Part shown: positions 26,177 through 38,976 of the stretch, piece after piece | How positions within the stretch are numbered: position 1 is the first letter of the stretch | How the letters are laid out: each line of letters opens with the position of its first letter | Translations under genes and position numbers: made by a program | The notes under the pieces: generated by a model | What the model was told of the DNA's origin: nothing | What the model saw: the letters and a program-made list of their open reading frames with translations, nothing else | Databases searched by the model: none | NCBI RefSeq assembly: GCF_009914755.1 | Contig: NC_060936.1 | Length of the DNA stretch: 64,000 nt | DNA from: the human T2T-CHM13v2.0 reference genome, Homo sapiens | Strand: one strand, 5' to 3'

Positions 26177-26841
26177 TTCTGCTAATATTTAGCTGAACAG
26201 AGGAAACAACTTCAGAAATAATGAAGACTAAATTTGGTTAGATGCCAGGTTTATTTGATCACAGAGTACTGTTAAGGTTTACTAATTTAATTTCCAATGT
26301 AGCTTTTCAAACTTATTTATCCAAAGTGTTAGTTTGCATTTTTTTAAATACCTATTAAACCAAAACCTAACCATGTAATTAATAAATCATTTTCTTTCCT
26401 TGAGGTATACATAGCCAAAGATATAAAAGAATTGTCATTTTACTACCTAAGAAAGTTTTTTTAAATATTAAGAATAACCTTTTGTGCCTACCTCAGTCTA
26501 CCTGCCTTCAAGATTATAGTTCCAGATTCCAAATGCCAGAATGCATCTAAATGGAGGTTAAAAAGGAGAATATGCATGCTGAAAGTTCCTAAATAGAACC
26601 TCTTCACAAGTTCTAGATGTGTAGGTCTTCAAAATATCACAAGAAAAACAAAAAAACATAACCACATAAATTCCTGCTTTAAAGGAAAAAATGTGTTACG
26701 ATAAAGTGATCTTTGAAGCAAATCTTTTCAAATAATTTTTTGTGATCACCCTAAGATGATTAGAGATTGCTTCTAATTCGGAATTAATCTTTCAAATATC
26801 TGAGTTGAATAGTTTTGATAACAGCAACACAAGACAATATT

Positions 26842-27225
26842 TGTATTAGTCTGTTTTCACACTGCTATAAAGAACTGCCCGAGACTGAGTGATTTATAAA
26901 GGAAAGAGGTTTAATTGACTTACAGTTCAGCATGGCTGGGGAGGTCTCAGGAAACTTACAATCATGGCAGAAGGTGAAGAGGAAGTAAGGCACCTTCTTG
27001 CCAAGGAAGCAGGGAGGAGACGTACCAAGCAAAGTGGGAAGAGCCTCTTATAAAACTATCAGATCTCGTGAGAACTCACTATCACTAGAACAGCATGGAG
27101 AAAACTGCCCCCATGATTCAATTACCTCCACCTGGTCTCTCCTTTGACATGTGGGGATTATCAGGATTCTGGGGATTTTAATTCAAGATGAGATTTGGGT
27201 GGGCACACAAAGCCTAACCATATCA
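26842..27225 (-). mobile_element. MaLR solo LTR THE1D
   Basis: tgtattagtctgttttcacactgctataaagaactgcccgagactg...gatgagatttgggtgggcacacaaagcctaaccatatca; TSD atatt/atact. Confidence 0.93.
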
Positions 27226-29006
27226 ATACTCATGGAATACTGGAAATTAAAATCCTCACTTAGCAGCTCATTTTTTTCCTGATTATATTTCCCCAATTTT
27301 CAAATCTTCATTTGTCACCATTTACTCTATTTACTGTTCAACCTTTGATCATAATGTTGTTATATCAAATTCATTATTACTTTGCCCCCACTAGTGTCAT
27401 TTTATTATTACAAATAAGCCTTATGATAAGTAAGCTTAATGTGAAAATTGTTAATAGATTAATAAAATGGAGAAATAAATGATTCTGCATAACCCAAGGC
27501 CTACACTTTGCTATCACAATTTAGTTACTGCATAGCAAATGACAGCACGACCAGCAGTGTGTATTTCAGCTGAGTACTGCATATATAGGACATAGATAGA
27601 CCAAAGGAGAGGAATATGTCATCCAAAGATTAAACAATTTAGACAAAATATCTGTAGACAGAGCCACACTAAGAGGCAGACTACCCATGCAGCTGTTCAT
27701 GTTGCTAAGCTATCAGTTGAAATATAATAAGATGGAGAAAATTATATTAAACAATGTCCTCTTAAGGAGGAGATATATGAAAGAATACTTTGATAAGTCT
27801 CATTAGGTGGAGTACAACCTCCAGTGGATATGTCAAAGTCACAAAGGTAATATGTCTTCTAGGGAGGTGGGTATGGATTTACTGAATGAGCCATACATCC
27901 TGGCAAGCTGCCCCAGAACCCCTTCTCCACCCTCCATGGCACTCCTCTAAATGAACATTGAATAAAGAAATAAAGAGAATTTTCTCAAAGAGTCACCAAA
28001 TCATGATCCTACCAGGACAGCAAGACATCCTATTTTCATGTGAGATGATGCATTCTGGCAGCACTGTGACTTGGAAGGGAGACACCTACACTCACAAAGA
28101 AACATTAGCAGACAATTGGAATTACTCAGGCAAGAAGTACCTAGCACCTGCACCCAACCAGTGTTATTGGGAACAGGAAGAAAGCAGCTGAATCCATGAG
28201 TTTGGATGAGGTTGTAAAGGGAACAAGCACATAGTGGGGAGAGCAACTAAAACATTTTCAGTTGAATAATGAGCAAAGAAGCCAAACTGCACTGAGTTCA
28301 GTATGAAGCAGGAGAATATGAAAAACCCTTTTTTCATAAAGATTGACAATAAAGGGATGTTTTAAATTATCTTAAATGTCATAATCTTGCTAGAAAGTCA
28401 ACATATACAGGAAAAACAGAAGGCTACAAAAACCGAGTTTTCAGTATGAAGTCACCTTATATATAATGTATTATATTGTGTATGTATATTATTAAGTTCA
28501 TTAAGAGACATATTAGAAACAAGAGAATATGTAGGAATCTTGCCAAGAAATTGCAGAACAAAGATCAACTCTCTGAACTGAGCACATCAGCAGAATTGAC
28601 GTGATACCACAGGAAAGTGTTGCTACCAATTGTCTATAAAAGAAAGTGGCTTCGAAAAATTTGCAAATTGCCACATGAATATCCAATATGATAACTCAGC
28701 TAAACATGAAAATGTACAGATTCACAAGCGTAAATCCAGACTAATGCTGACTAGAGCAATTGCCCTGTGCTGGCTTATTTGGGTGTAGAGTAACATTCCT
28801 GAAGTTATCTATCCCCTGTACCTGCAAGATAGCCTACTCTTTTGAAAAGAGAATTTTGAGATGCTTCTATTGTTACTACTACTGATGGGCAAAGTAAATG
28901 CCTGAGACCATGCCCTCCGACCTTCCAGGGGACACAGATTCTAAAAATTATAATTGCCTCTCTCACCAAGATGTCAAACAATAAAAAGGAATTAAAATTT
29001 TATCAC

Positions 29007-29306
<300 letters not shown>

Positions 29307-29452
29307 TTACAAACTTTACACAGCTCCATATTCCCTTGTATAACAAATGGTCATATCTATACTTATTAGTTAAAAACATGAAACTCCTCCACATTATCCC
29401 TACTAACCTGGCAGTAAACTCCTGCAACCAAAAACTGAAGTGATTTTCAATT

Positions 29453-29637
29453 AGCCATGTGCTAATAAGAGCCAAATCTGAGCATTCTTTTCCAGCTCTG
29501 TGTACAGTGATGTCACATCAGTAGCTTGAATCAGCCATGGTAGGAGTATTTACACCATAGGAACTGGCAAACACTATAAATTACAGTTTTATATCCTTCT
29601 AGAGTGCTGGTTATCAAACCTTTTACCATCACATTAC
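29453..29637. mobile_element. MER63-like hAT element
   Basis: cagtgatgtcacatcagtagcttgaatcagccatggtaggagtatttacacca..aactggcaaacacta..ttttaccatcacattac. Confidence 0.75.
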
Positions 29638-30277
29638 TACTCTAAGCATCCTTTTCATCAGTGCTTTAAAAAGCAGAATTGAATCCCTTCCCATCGCTCA
29701 GTCTCGAAGAGTTCTCCAGGATTTCCAAAATGCCAACATTTCCCACTCTGAAAGTTTACTCTCTCCAAGGTAACAGACCTTAACAGCATCCTTAGTGTTG
29801 CTAAATTATACCAGAGGAAAAAAATTCTTTTTTGCTAGATCAGCTTTTGGTGTTGCTGTAATATTTTAGCTCTGTGCTTCCTGACAGCTAGGAGTCTAAT
29901 TACCACTCTCCCATTCATCCATTCAGCAATCTTTGACTATCTTCAACCCAGTGAGGCATACAGATTGGTCCTTACTCCTCCTCCTCCTGCCTGCTTCATG
30001 CAAAAGGACTTCATTCAGATCCAGAAACAAATTCCCATGTTTTTCATAAAGAATGCCAATTTTATAGCTAATAACCTCACTTCACAAGTCTATAGATCAT
30101 GCTCTATGGTAGGTACTGACAATAGAAAAATGAATCAAACACACTTCCTCCTTATGAGAGGATACAAGGTCAGGTATGGAAAACAGACATTTAAGCAACT
30201 GCTTTTCTACCCCATTTTAAGTAAGCTTCCAGTAAGAATAGGAGCAGCAAGAATTGAGATTCCAGGAGAAATTCAAA

Positions 30278-30525
30278 AATGTACAATTTTTCATTACACA
30301 AACACTTCAATTCAATGTAATTCGTTTACTTAGTGCCCACAGTGAGCCAGGCACTAGGCACACCTGTCACCTGTCCATGAGGAGAGAGGCGACAGGAACT
30401 ATGCATACCTGTCACCTGTCCATGAGGAGAGAGGTGACAGGTGTGCATAGTGCCTGATTCACTGGGGGCACTAAGTAAATGGATTACATTAAATTGAAGT
30501 ATCCATGTAAGGAAAATTGTACATT
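30278..30525. repeat. Long inverted repeat (two ~95-bp arms, ~86% identical) with a 45-bp tandem duplication across the loop
   Basis: 30278-30372 is the reverse complement of 30432-30525 with 13 differences; 30353-30396 is repeated at 30398-30441. Confidence 0.95.
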
Positions 30526-30569
30526 GAACTTAAAGAAACTTGCAAATAAGTTTTATAGATAATTTACAC

Positions 30570-30790
30570 CAGGAGTCAGCAAATGTTTTCTAAAATGGGC
30601 CAGATAGTAAATATTTTACACTTTGTAGTCCATATGGTCTCTGTTGCAACTACTAAGTCTGCCTTTGTAGTATGAAAGCACTAATAGACAATACATAAAC
30701 TAATAAACATGTTATATTTCCATAAAACTTTAATTGCAAAAGGCAGGCAGTAGGCCATAAGTGGCCCATAGCCATAGTTTTCCACTCCAA
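30570..30790. mobile_element. MER58A
   Basis: caggagtcagcaaatgttttctaaaatgggccagatagtaaatatttt...ggtctctgttgcaactact...ataaaacttt...gccatagttt. Confidence 0.88.
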
Positions 30791-30888
30791 CTCCAATTTC
30801 AATTATAAAAATTGAGATGACTCAAACATTTTCATGGGTGCCTCTGACATTTACCAATGTCTCTTCTCATTTTACCTTCTCCTTCTTT

Positions 30889-31214
30889 TGTGTGTGTGCA
30901 TGTGTGCATGCGTGCGTGTGTGCATGTGTGTGTGAGAGAGAGAGTCTGTTTCCCAGGGACTGGAAGGCAGTGGCATGATCACAACTCACTGCAGTCTCAA
31001 TCCCAGGCTCAAGTGATCCTCCAGCCTTAGCCTCTCAAGTAGCTGGACTACAGGTGCACGCCACCATGCCCATCTAATTTTTTTGTTGTTGTACAGATGG
31101 AGTCTCACTATGTTCCCCAGGCTGGTCTTGAACTCCTGGCCTCAGGTGATCTGCCCGCCTTGGCCTCCCAAAGTGCTGGAAATACAAGTGTGAGCCACTG
31201 CATTGCACTCAGCC
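30889..31214 (-). mobile_element. AluJ with a (TG)/(AG) microsatellite in place of the tail
   Basis: ggctcaagtgatcctccagcc, tctcactatgttccccaggctggtcttgaactcctggcctc; diverged. Confidence 0.9.
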
Positions 31215-31323
31215 AACCCTCTTCTCTTTGTGCTCTAAGCAATTAGTAATTAGACACTTTTATATATTAATATTTTATTTTGAAACAATCCTCTGCTTGC
31301 TCACCTTCACTCTGTTTTCCTAG

Positions 31324-31347
31324 CACCTGGCAATCAATAAGAAGCAG
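31324..31347 (+). other. Candidate 24-nt microexon
   Basis: tgcttgctcaccttcactctgttttcctAG | CACCTGGCAATCAATAAGAAGCAG | GTAAGT; consensus donor and good acceptor. Confidence 0.25.
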
Positions 31348-32423
31348 GTAAGTCCCCAGTATACGCAATTGACACCATTGATTCCATTAGAATGATGAAA
31401 GCTGCTCTACCTAAATTCTAATTATTCTAGAACTTCAGGGTCTGAGCCGCAGCATAAATGCAAAAGTAGAATCTAAGAGATTCTTAGATTTGTGGAGATA
31501 TTAGCCACAAACGAAGACTGTATCCAAGCACCGATATTTATTGTTTGCTAAATAAAGAGTGCAAGTTTAAAATCAGTAAGATCATTTCTTTAAAAGTTAT
31601 TTAGTTATTTATTTGAATCTTTACTGAGAAGTCAGTTCATTCTGACCTTTTCATAAATTAAATTAAACTAGCACTGGCTAAAAGGTGATGGGAAGAAAAG
31701 GTGAAAAGGTTAGTGGGTCGTTGTCGTTTTTATTGCACAGAAATTTCTGAATGGAGCTTCAGCCAAAATATTGCAAAGATTCAAAATTTAATTTCCTGGG
31801 ACCAGCAAACCAATTTTTGATGGTACCATAAAGACTTCCAAAATGAGAGTTAATTTAATTCATTGTCATCCAAATCAAAATTGTGAAAGTATATAAAAAA
31901 GCAATCAGTACATTTTCTCCAAGTAATAATTTTCCTTTCTCCAAGTTTCATGTATATTGCTACAACCCAGAGTAATATTTTCTCAGTAGTATATTTTTAC
32001 TTGTTTTGTTAGCATAAGATGCTGCTCTAAATACATATATTTAATATTCTGGTATGTTTTTAAAAATAGTCTTATTTCCTTTCATTGAGACTTTGAAAGA
32101 GCACCTTTATGCATATAAAAAAAGAAAAGACCCTAAATACAAAAACTAACATAGAGAGTATGTAAAATTGTTATATGAATATAATAAATGCTGCTTTAAC
32201 TTTGAAATAACACCAACCATTAACAAATTGAAAATTTTGTAACTTAAGCTATTTAATGTAATTCTGTTTGAAATACGTATTGTTTACTAAAAACTTATTT
32301 TAGCCAAAAATAACACAAAGCTTCTAGACTGCCAACAAAATGTGTTTTAATAACCCAATTCATTAGAAAAATGTTGAAGAGGACTCTCTACCCCTTTTCG
32401 CTCCTTTACAAGTTGAGGAGCTG

Positions 32424-32652
32424 CATGACATAGTGGAATGAAATTCCCTAATTTGAAACCTGGTTCTACTGCTTAGCAGCTGAATGACTGGGCAAGTTAT
32501 TTAACCTGGCTCTGAGTTTCATAAACTGGAAATAGTATTAGAACCTATCTCACAGGCTTGATGTGCCACTTACATGAGATAATATTTATAATCCACTACA
32601 AACAGAGCTTAATACATAGAAAATGTTGAATAAATGTCAGCCATTAGTAATA
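32424..32652 (+). mobile_element. MIR
   Basis: ttctactgcttagcagctgaatgactgggcaagttatttaacct...acctatctcacagg...gagataatatt...aataaatgtcagccatta. Confidence 0.8.
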
Positions 32653-33074
32653 TGTTCATTTTTCTTGGTTGAATGTGATTTTATTATTTAGTACAATTTG
32701 ATCTCATAAATAACAGAGACTACAGGCTATAGCTACATAAAAAGGAGAATTGGGGTCAAGTAGTTCAGACAGGAGAAACACACTAGAGCTCAACTCAGCA
32801 TACATGATACAGCTGTGTACTTCCAGTGACTAACAGTGGATGCTGTTGCAGGCAGGATACTAAAGCAATGTTTTGTGTCAGCAGCATTAAGCAGATCAGA
32901 AATCAAAAAAATTACATACAGTAACAGATTCTATGGTTAGCAACTGTAACTTAAATACAGAAAGCCTGTCTATGTGTGTACAAATTCAAATATGGACGTG
33001 ATGCTGAAAAGTTTTTAGTTAGTCTTTTCAGCCCTTTTCACCATTAATGTCCTAGATTCAATGTAAAGACTTAC

Positions 33075-33180
33075 CCATTGTATTGCCAACAAAGAAACAT
33101 TTCAAAATTAAAGTTCCAGGACACTCGAATCTAAGTCTGAGATCATACACAATCTCAGAGTTCACCTCAATATCTTCGGC
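33075..33180 (-). other. Candidate 106-nt internal exon of the minus-strand host transcript
   Basis: Acceptor cttgtactttttatccattttcttcAG|G and donor TGG|GTAAGT, both near consensus, in unique sequence; the exon ends in ACAATGG. Confidence 0.6.
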
Positions 33181-33682
33181 CTGAAGAAAATGGATAAAAA
33201 GTACAAGATACTTTAAGCTTTAGTGAACTGTAACTTATTTTTAAACAGAAAGGGAAGGTATATTTTAATGTGAATTACATTTTAAAGCAAAAGCAATATA
33301 ATGGTACTTCTAGAACCTCATAAACTTTGAATAAAAATGGATCAGTTCATACTTAATGCTTTGTTCCATAAAGCTCTTCCAGATACTTGAAATGTTAAAG
33401 CTGCTACTTTACATAAAACAATATGCTCTTCTATAAAGCTGTGTTCTAAATATATAACGCTTGGGTACATTTCATGGCATTTTAAAATGCATTGTTTTCT
33501 GGACTTGCATTTATTGGTGATTTCAGGAATACAGAATTATAAAACAGTGTCACAATTTCAAGTATGCAAACATGATTTCATCACAGAATCTTATTTTTAA
33601 AACAGTATTTTTTTATCTTCTAAATAAGATTAAAGAACAGAAATTAGTCTCATACATATAGTAGGTTTTTCTAGATCACTAT

Positions 33683-34021
33683 TGCTATAGACAATGTTTG
33701 TATCCCTCCAAAAATTCATGTGTTAAATTCTAATGGTCAATGTGATAGTATTAGGAGGTGAGGCCTTTGAGGCTGATTAAGTCATGAGAGTGGAGTCCTC
33801 ATAGATGGGATCAATGCCCTTATAAAAGAGGTCCCAGAGAGCTCCCTCCCCACTTCCACCATGTGAGGACTCCAGGAAGCAGTCCCCCACCATATACTGA
33901 ATCTGCCAGCACCTTGATCTTGGACTTCTCAGCCTTCAGAACTGTGAGAAATAAATTTCTGTCCTTTATAAACAACACGGTCATTTGTATTTTGTTACAA
34001 AATCCCAAACAGACTAAGATA
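33683..34021 (+). mobile_element. MaLR solo LTR (MLT1A/MLT1A0-like)
   Basis: tgctatagacaatgtttgtatccc...gcccttataaaagagg...gcaccttgatcttggacttc...cagactaagata; perfect TSD actat (33678-33682, 34022-34026). Confidence 0.9.
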
Positions 34022-34440
34022 ACTATAGCAGTCAATATTTAGCCCATATACTTCAGAATACTAAAAAAATAAACCCCTGAAATAGAAAAGAGTCTCTCCA
34101 TGTGATATTTTCTCATACCATTTAGTCAACTTATTACAATGATAAGTATAAATATTTCTACATTGTCTCCACTGGTATTAATTTTGATCTTCAGCAGCAG
34201 AATTAAACTTATCAAAGATGATTATGTGTTATGCAGGTCACAATTACTATTGTGCCACCATTTCAATGACAAACTAGAAAGATTGAAAAAAACAGTAATG
34301 ATTTTAGATAACTATACCTAAATAATTTCTAATAATAAAAATCAACAGTCATCTAAAAAGATATTAGCTATCTGGTTATATTTTAGATCGCCTTTTTCAA
34401 AGTTCAGGTTATAACCTTTTTATAAATCCCCAGAATCAAA

Positions 34441-34650
34441 GCAGTGGCTCACAACTTGCAATTTTTTAGTAAAATGATAGACTAGAAAAAAATACAAAAG
34501 AATAGAGATACTAGAACACATCATATCTATAATAAAAGTATCTTTTCATAAAGTATATTTTTAGTTACATGAGTGTGTGTGTATGTTGGATTACAATTAA
34601 AATCCATTTCTTATTATAGGTTACTGTCAAAAACCTTTGAAAGTCAATAG
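34441..34650. mobile_element. hAT-Charlie non-autonomous element (Charlie4z-like)
   Basis: tgtgtgtgtatgttggattacaattaaaatccatttcttattataggttactgtcaaaaacctttgaaagtca. Confidence 0.55.
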
Positions 34651-35629
34651 AGAGCTATCATACATAAATGTAAGTATAAAACTAAAATGCAAAATTCTTA
34701 ACTCTTGCTTCTATGTAGTTCACTTCCCACTCAAAATCAGGATTTCAGTATATGCCCACAATATCTAAAGTTCTAACAAATATAGAAAAATTGTTTTCTG
34801 CATTAAAGGCCGAATTCATTCCTGATATTATGACTTAGGTTTTTGAAAAATGGAAATTATACTTTTCTTTTTTTATTTCTCTATCTCCTATAATGCTTTT
34901 ATTATGAGGGGGGTGGTGAATATTTGAAGTTGAGTAGGACAAGGCAACCCACACAATAGCTTGCTACATCGCCAGATATTTAAAACACTCCCTTCTTCAA
35001 TTTAGCAAAATGCTATTACAGTAACCAATATTTCCTCTAATTTTTGAAAGTATGAATAGAATACGATTACATAAAAACAACTAACCACAATATTTAGACA
35101 TTGAAAAGTTCAACTGATGTTTACAACCACCAGTGTGGCATATAATAATAATTAAATTTAAATTAGTAGTAGTGTTTGTACATGGCATAACCAGTCAGTG
35201 ATAGTGTATTGGTGGAAGAAATTGTTCTAGAACTTGCAGTGACCTGGAGGCCTGAAGTCCATGGGCTCCCCCACCAACCCCACTTCCCACACAACATGCC
35301 CACTCTTCTGGTGTCCCATCTCTGCATTTTGCAACTTTCTAAGGCTGAGCTAAGGCAACCACTGGACACTTGGGTCTGCTCTGACTCAATCTTAACACCT
35401 AGGAATAAGCAAGTCCTTCCTCAAAGATATCCCAAAAACAGGGACATCACCTATGTTTTGACCATGAAAATGAAAATCAAAAACCATTTTGGACACACCA
35501 ACTACTGCATTCACTAGGAGGAGAAATGGGTGCTGCCTACATCAAGCGTAACAATAACCACAACAACAAAAAAAGATGGGGGCCCGAAGGCGCTTCTAAT
35601 CTGTCGTTAGGATAAAGTTAGCTAGCATT

Positions 35630-37120
35630 TTGTTTAAAGTTTTTCTATCTATGCTCTTGAGAGAGAAAGGCCTGTAGTTTTTAGTCTCTCATGCTGTCCT
35701 TTTCTAAGTTTGGTGTCAAGAGTGTACGTACCTCCATTGCTATTCCCTGGAAACCTTTTTGGTGGAATACTGAAATTATTTGTTTTTGAAGGTTGGGATG
35801 AACTTACCCATAATACCATCTGAGGCTAGTGTTTAACTTGTGGGAAGATTTTTACTGATTTAATGTCTTCAATGCTCATAAAATGTTTCAAGTTTTCTAT
35901 TTCTTCTTGAATTTTGGTAGGAGGTGATTTTCAAAATTTTCCCCCTTTTGTTTAAGTTCTCAAACTTATTACCATTAAATTATTCACAGAATGTTTCTGA
36001 TCTTGTTAATATCTCAGTTTTGTCCCTTCTTTTAATTCTTAGTATTTTTTCTTGATTGCTTTTTTCTCTTCTTCTTCTGATCCATCTCACAAGATGTTAT
36101 GTTAGTCTTCTCAAGAAACCAAATTTTGATTTTGGTGATCCATCTCCTAAAACTGTGTTTTCTTTCTAATTATGATTATATGAGGGTTTATTCCTACTGT
36201 ATTATGTTGTGCTTGCTATTTTTCTCTCATTTTCTATACTGTTGGTTTTTCTTATTTTTTGCTTTATTTTAAATTATTAAATTACTTTGTCATTCAATTT
36301 GTTTTACTTTACTCAGTTTGGAAATTATGTACTCTTGTCTCTTTTCCTTGAGTTCCTTTTCTGTGAAATTTTACTATGCATACTTAAGAAGGTAAAGTCT
36401 AAAATTAATCAGTATCATTACCTTTCTTTCAAAAAAGATAGGAATTTAGGCCACTTTAAATCCTTAATACTTCACACTCAATTATTTGCAATTGCCATAT
36501 ATTTAAGTTCTATCATTTTAACCACACTAATTAGACATTGTTTTTATTGATTCATGTGGTGGGTATCAGTTCAGCTGTAACCACAGGTTTCTGATTTTCT
36601 TCGCTCACCATTCCCTCTTGCATTCAGATCTCACTTAAGGAATCACTTCTGAATTCATTATTTATAATTTCCTTTAATGAAGGATCACCCAATGGCAAGC
36701 TCTCTCTTTGTCTGAAAATACTTTCATTTTGCTCTCATTCTAAAAATAAATAAAAACAAATAAATAAAACTGATTTGTTGAATATAAAATTGAAGCTAGA
36801 CATTGTTTTCTTTTAATAATTTAAGATATTATTCCACTGTCTCCTGGTTTCCATTCTTGCTATTGAGAAGTCAACTATGCCTGTCATTCCTTTGTAAGGA
36901 ATCTGTCTTTACTGTGGAGCTGATTATAAGATCATCTCACTCCCATGATGATGGGCCTTTAGTGAGATTTCCGTTTGTTCACTTGGGATTCCTTGGGTTT
37001 TCCTAACCTAAGGAGTAGAATCTTTCATCAATTTTGGAAATTCCCACTCTTCAAAATTTGCTTCTCCCTCATTCTCTCTCTCCTCCCACAATTCTAATTA
37101 GATAGATATTAGACTTTTCA
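35630..37120 (-). mobile_element. Old, fragmented L1M (L1ME/MC-like); further pieces at ~38405-38690
   Basis: T-rich ORF2-antisense motifs: ggcctgtagttttt, gaacttacccataataccatctgaggct, agttttctatttcttcttg, agatattattccactgtctcctggtttccatt...gctattgagaagtc. Confidence 0.7.
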
Positions 37121-37129
37121 CGTATTGTT

Positions 37130-37300
37130 TTATTTAGCCATATTTATAGAGTGCTCACTATGTGCTGGGCACTGATTTACAGACACTGGAGATACAGCAG
37201 TGAATAATTCCGTCTGAGTCCTTCCCTCAGAGGTCTCACATTTGAATGAGGCAAGGCAGTCAGTAAATAAGTACAGCTATAGTATGTCTGACAGCGCTGT
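37130..37300 (-). mobile_element. L2 3' end
   Basis: tatttatagagtgctcactatgtgctgggcactg...cactggagatacagcagtgaata. Confidence 0.75.
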
Positions 37301-37396
37301 GTTTCATATCCTGCCCTCCTTTTCATGTTTTCTCACCTCCCCCCTTTTTTTTCTGTGTCCCTTTCATGCATTCTTTCATTCAAGAAGTAATTGTTC

Positions 37397-38055
<659 letters not shown>

Positions 38056-38059
38056 ATGA

Positions 38060-38405
38060 AAGTAATTATTGAACTGCTGCTATGGAACGAGCATTATTTT
38101 AGGCCCTGGGGCTGCTGCACTAAGCATGAAGAACAGTCTATTGAGTAGGATTGGGGAGACAAGCAACAACTATGTTAATAAATAGAATGTCACCAGGTAA
38201 CAACTACTGTGAAGAAAAGTAAAGTGTGGTAAGAGATAGCAGAAGTTTAGCAGTGGGGCGGGGCGGGGGGTTGCTGTTTTATAATACATGGTCAGGAAAG
38301 GGCTCCAGAATAAGGTATTATTTGAGCAGAAATCTGAAAGAAATGAAGGAGCAAGCCATGTGGCCACCTGAAGAAAAGTATTCCAGGCAGAGTCAACAGC
38401 AGGAG
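38060..38405 (-). mobile_element. L2 (host of the nested Alus)
   Basis: taggccctggggctg...ctgtgaagaaaagtaaag...ggtcaggaaagggctcc...tttgagcagaaatctgaa...gtattccaggcagag. Confidence 0.75.
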
Positions 38406-38684
38406 TCATGATAAGTTTATCTTGAATAATTTTCAGTGCTTCTTGTAGGCCACAAATTCCACTTTCAGCTATGTCTATTGTTTAGGCTGTTCGTTAAGTT
38501 TTTAATACCAATTTTTATTTTTCATTTAGATGTTCTATTCATTTTTCAATTCTGTATACTCAGTTTCAAGGTCACTTGTTCCTCATTTATATTTTAATTT
38601 GAACTTTTATTTCTTCCTACTATATTAAAATATTTTTATAATTTTATGTCTGATAATTCCTGTATCTCAAGTTTTTGAGGATCT

Positions 38685-38790
38685 GTATTAGCTATCAGTT
38701 ATCATTGTTTCAGAACAATATTACCACAAACTTAGTAACTTAAAATTACACACATTTATTGTTTCACAGTTTCTGGGGGTCAGGAGTCTT
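38685..38790 (-). mobile_element. MLT1 LTR fragment
   Basis: tgtattagctatc...ttaccacaaacttagtaacttaaaa...catttattgtttcacagtttctgggggtcaggagtct. Confidence 0.75.
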
Positions 38791-38976
38791 GCCTTGCTTT
38801 CTTGCACAATGGATTTTTACCATTTTACTCCTTCACTGAGGATACAGGCTTTTAGTCTCTAAAATGACCCACTTTGGGTGGGCTTTAGACTTTGTCTCCT
38901 GTCCTCTGCCCTCAGCAGCCAAGAAATACAAGCTTCTACAGGCAGACAGATCTAGGAATGTTGCAAATAATAAATA

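Noticed and set aside
29965-30457. ORFs overlapping the hairpin, including the repeated peptide HTCHLSMRRE
   Set aside because: The peptide repeat only reflects the 45-bp DNA duplication; there is no coding evidence.
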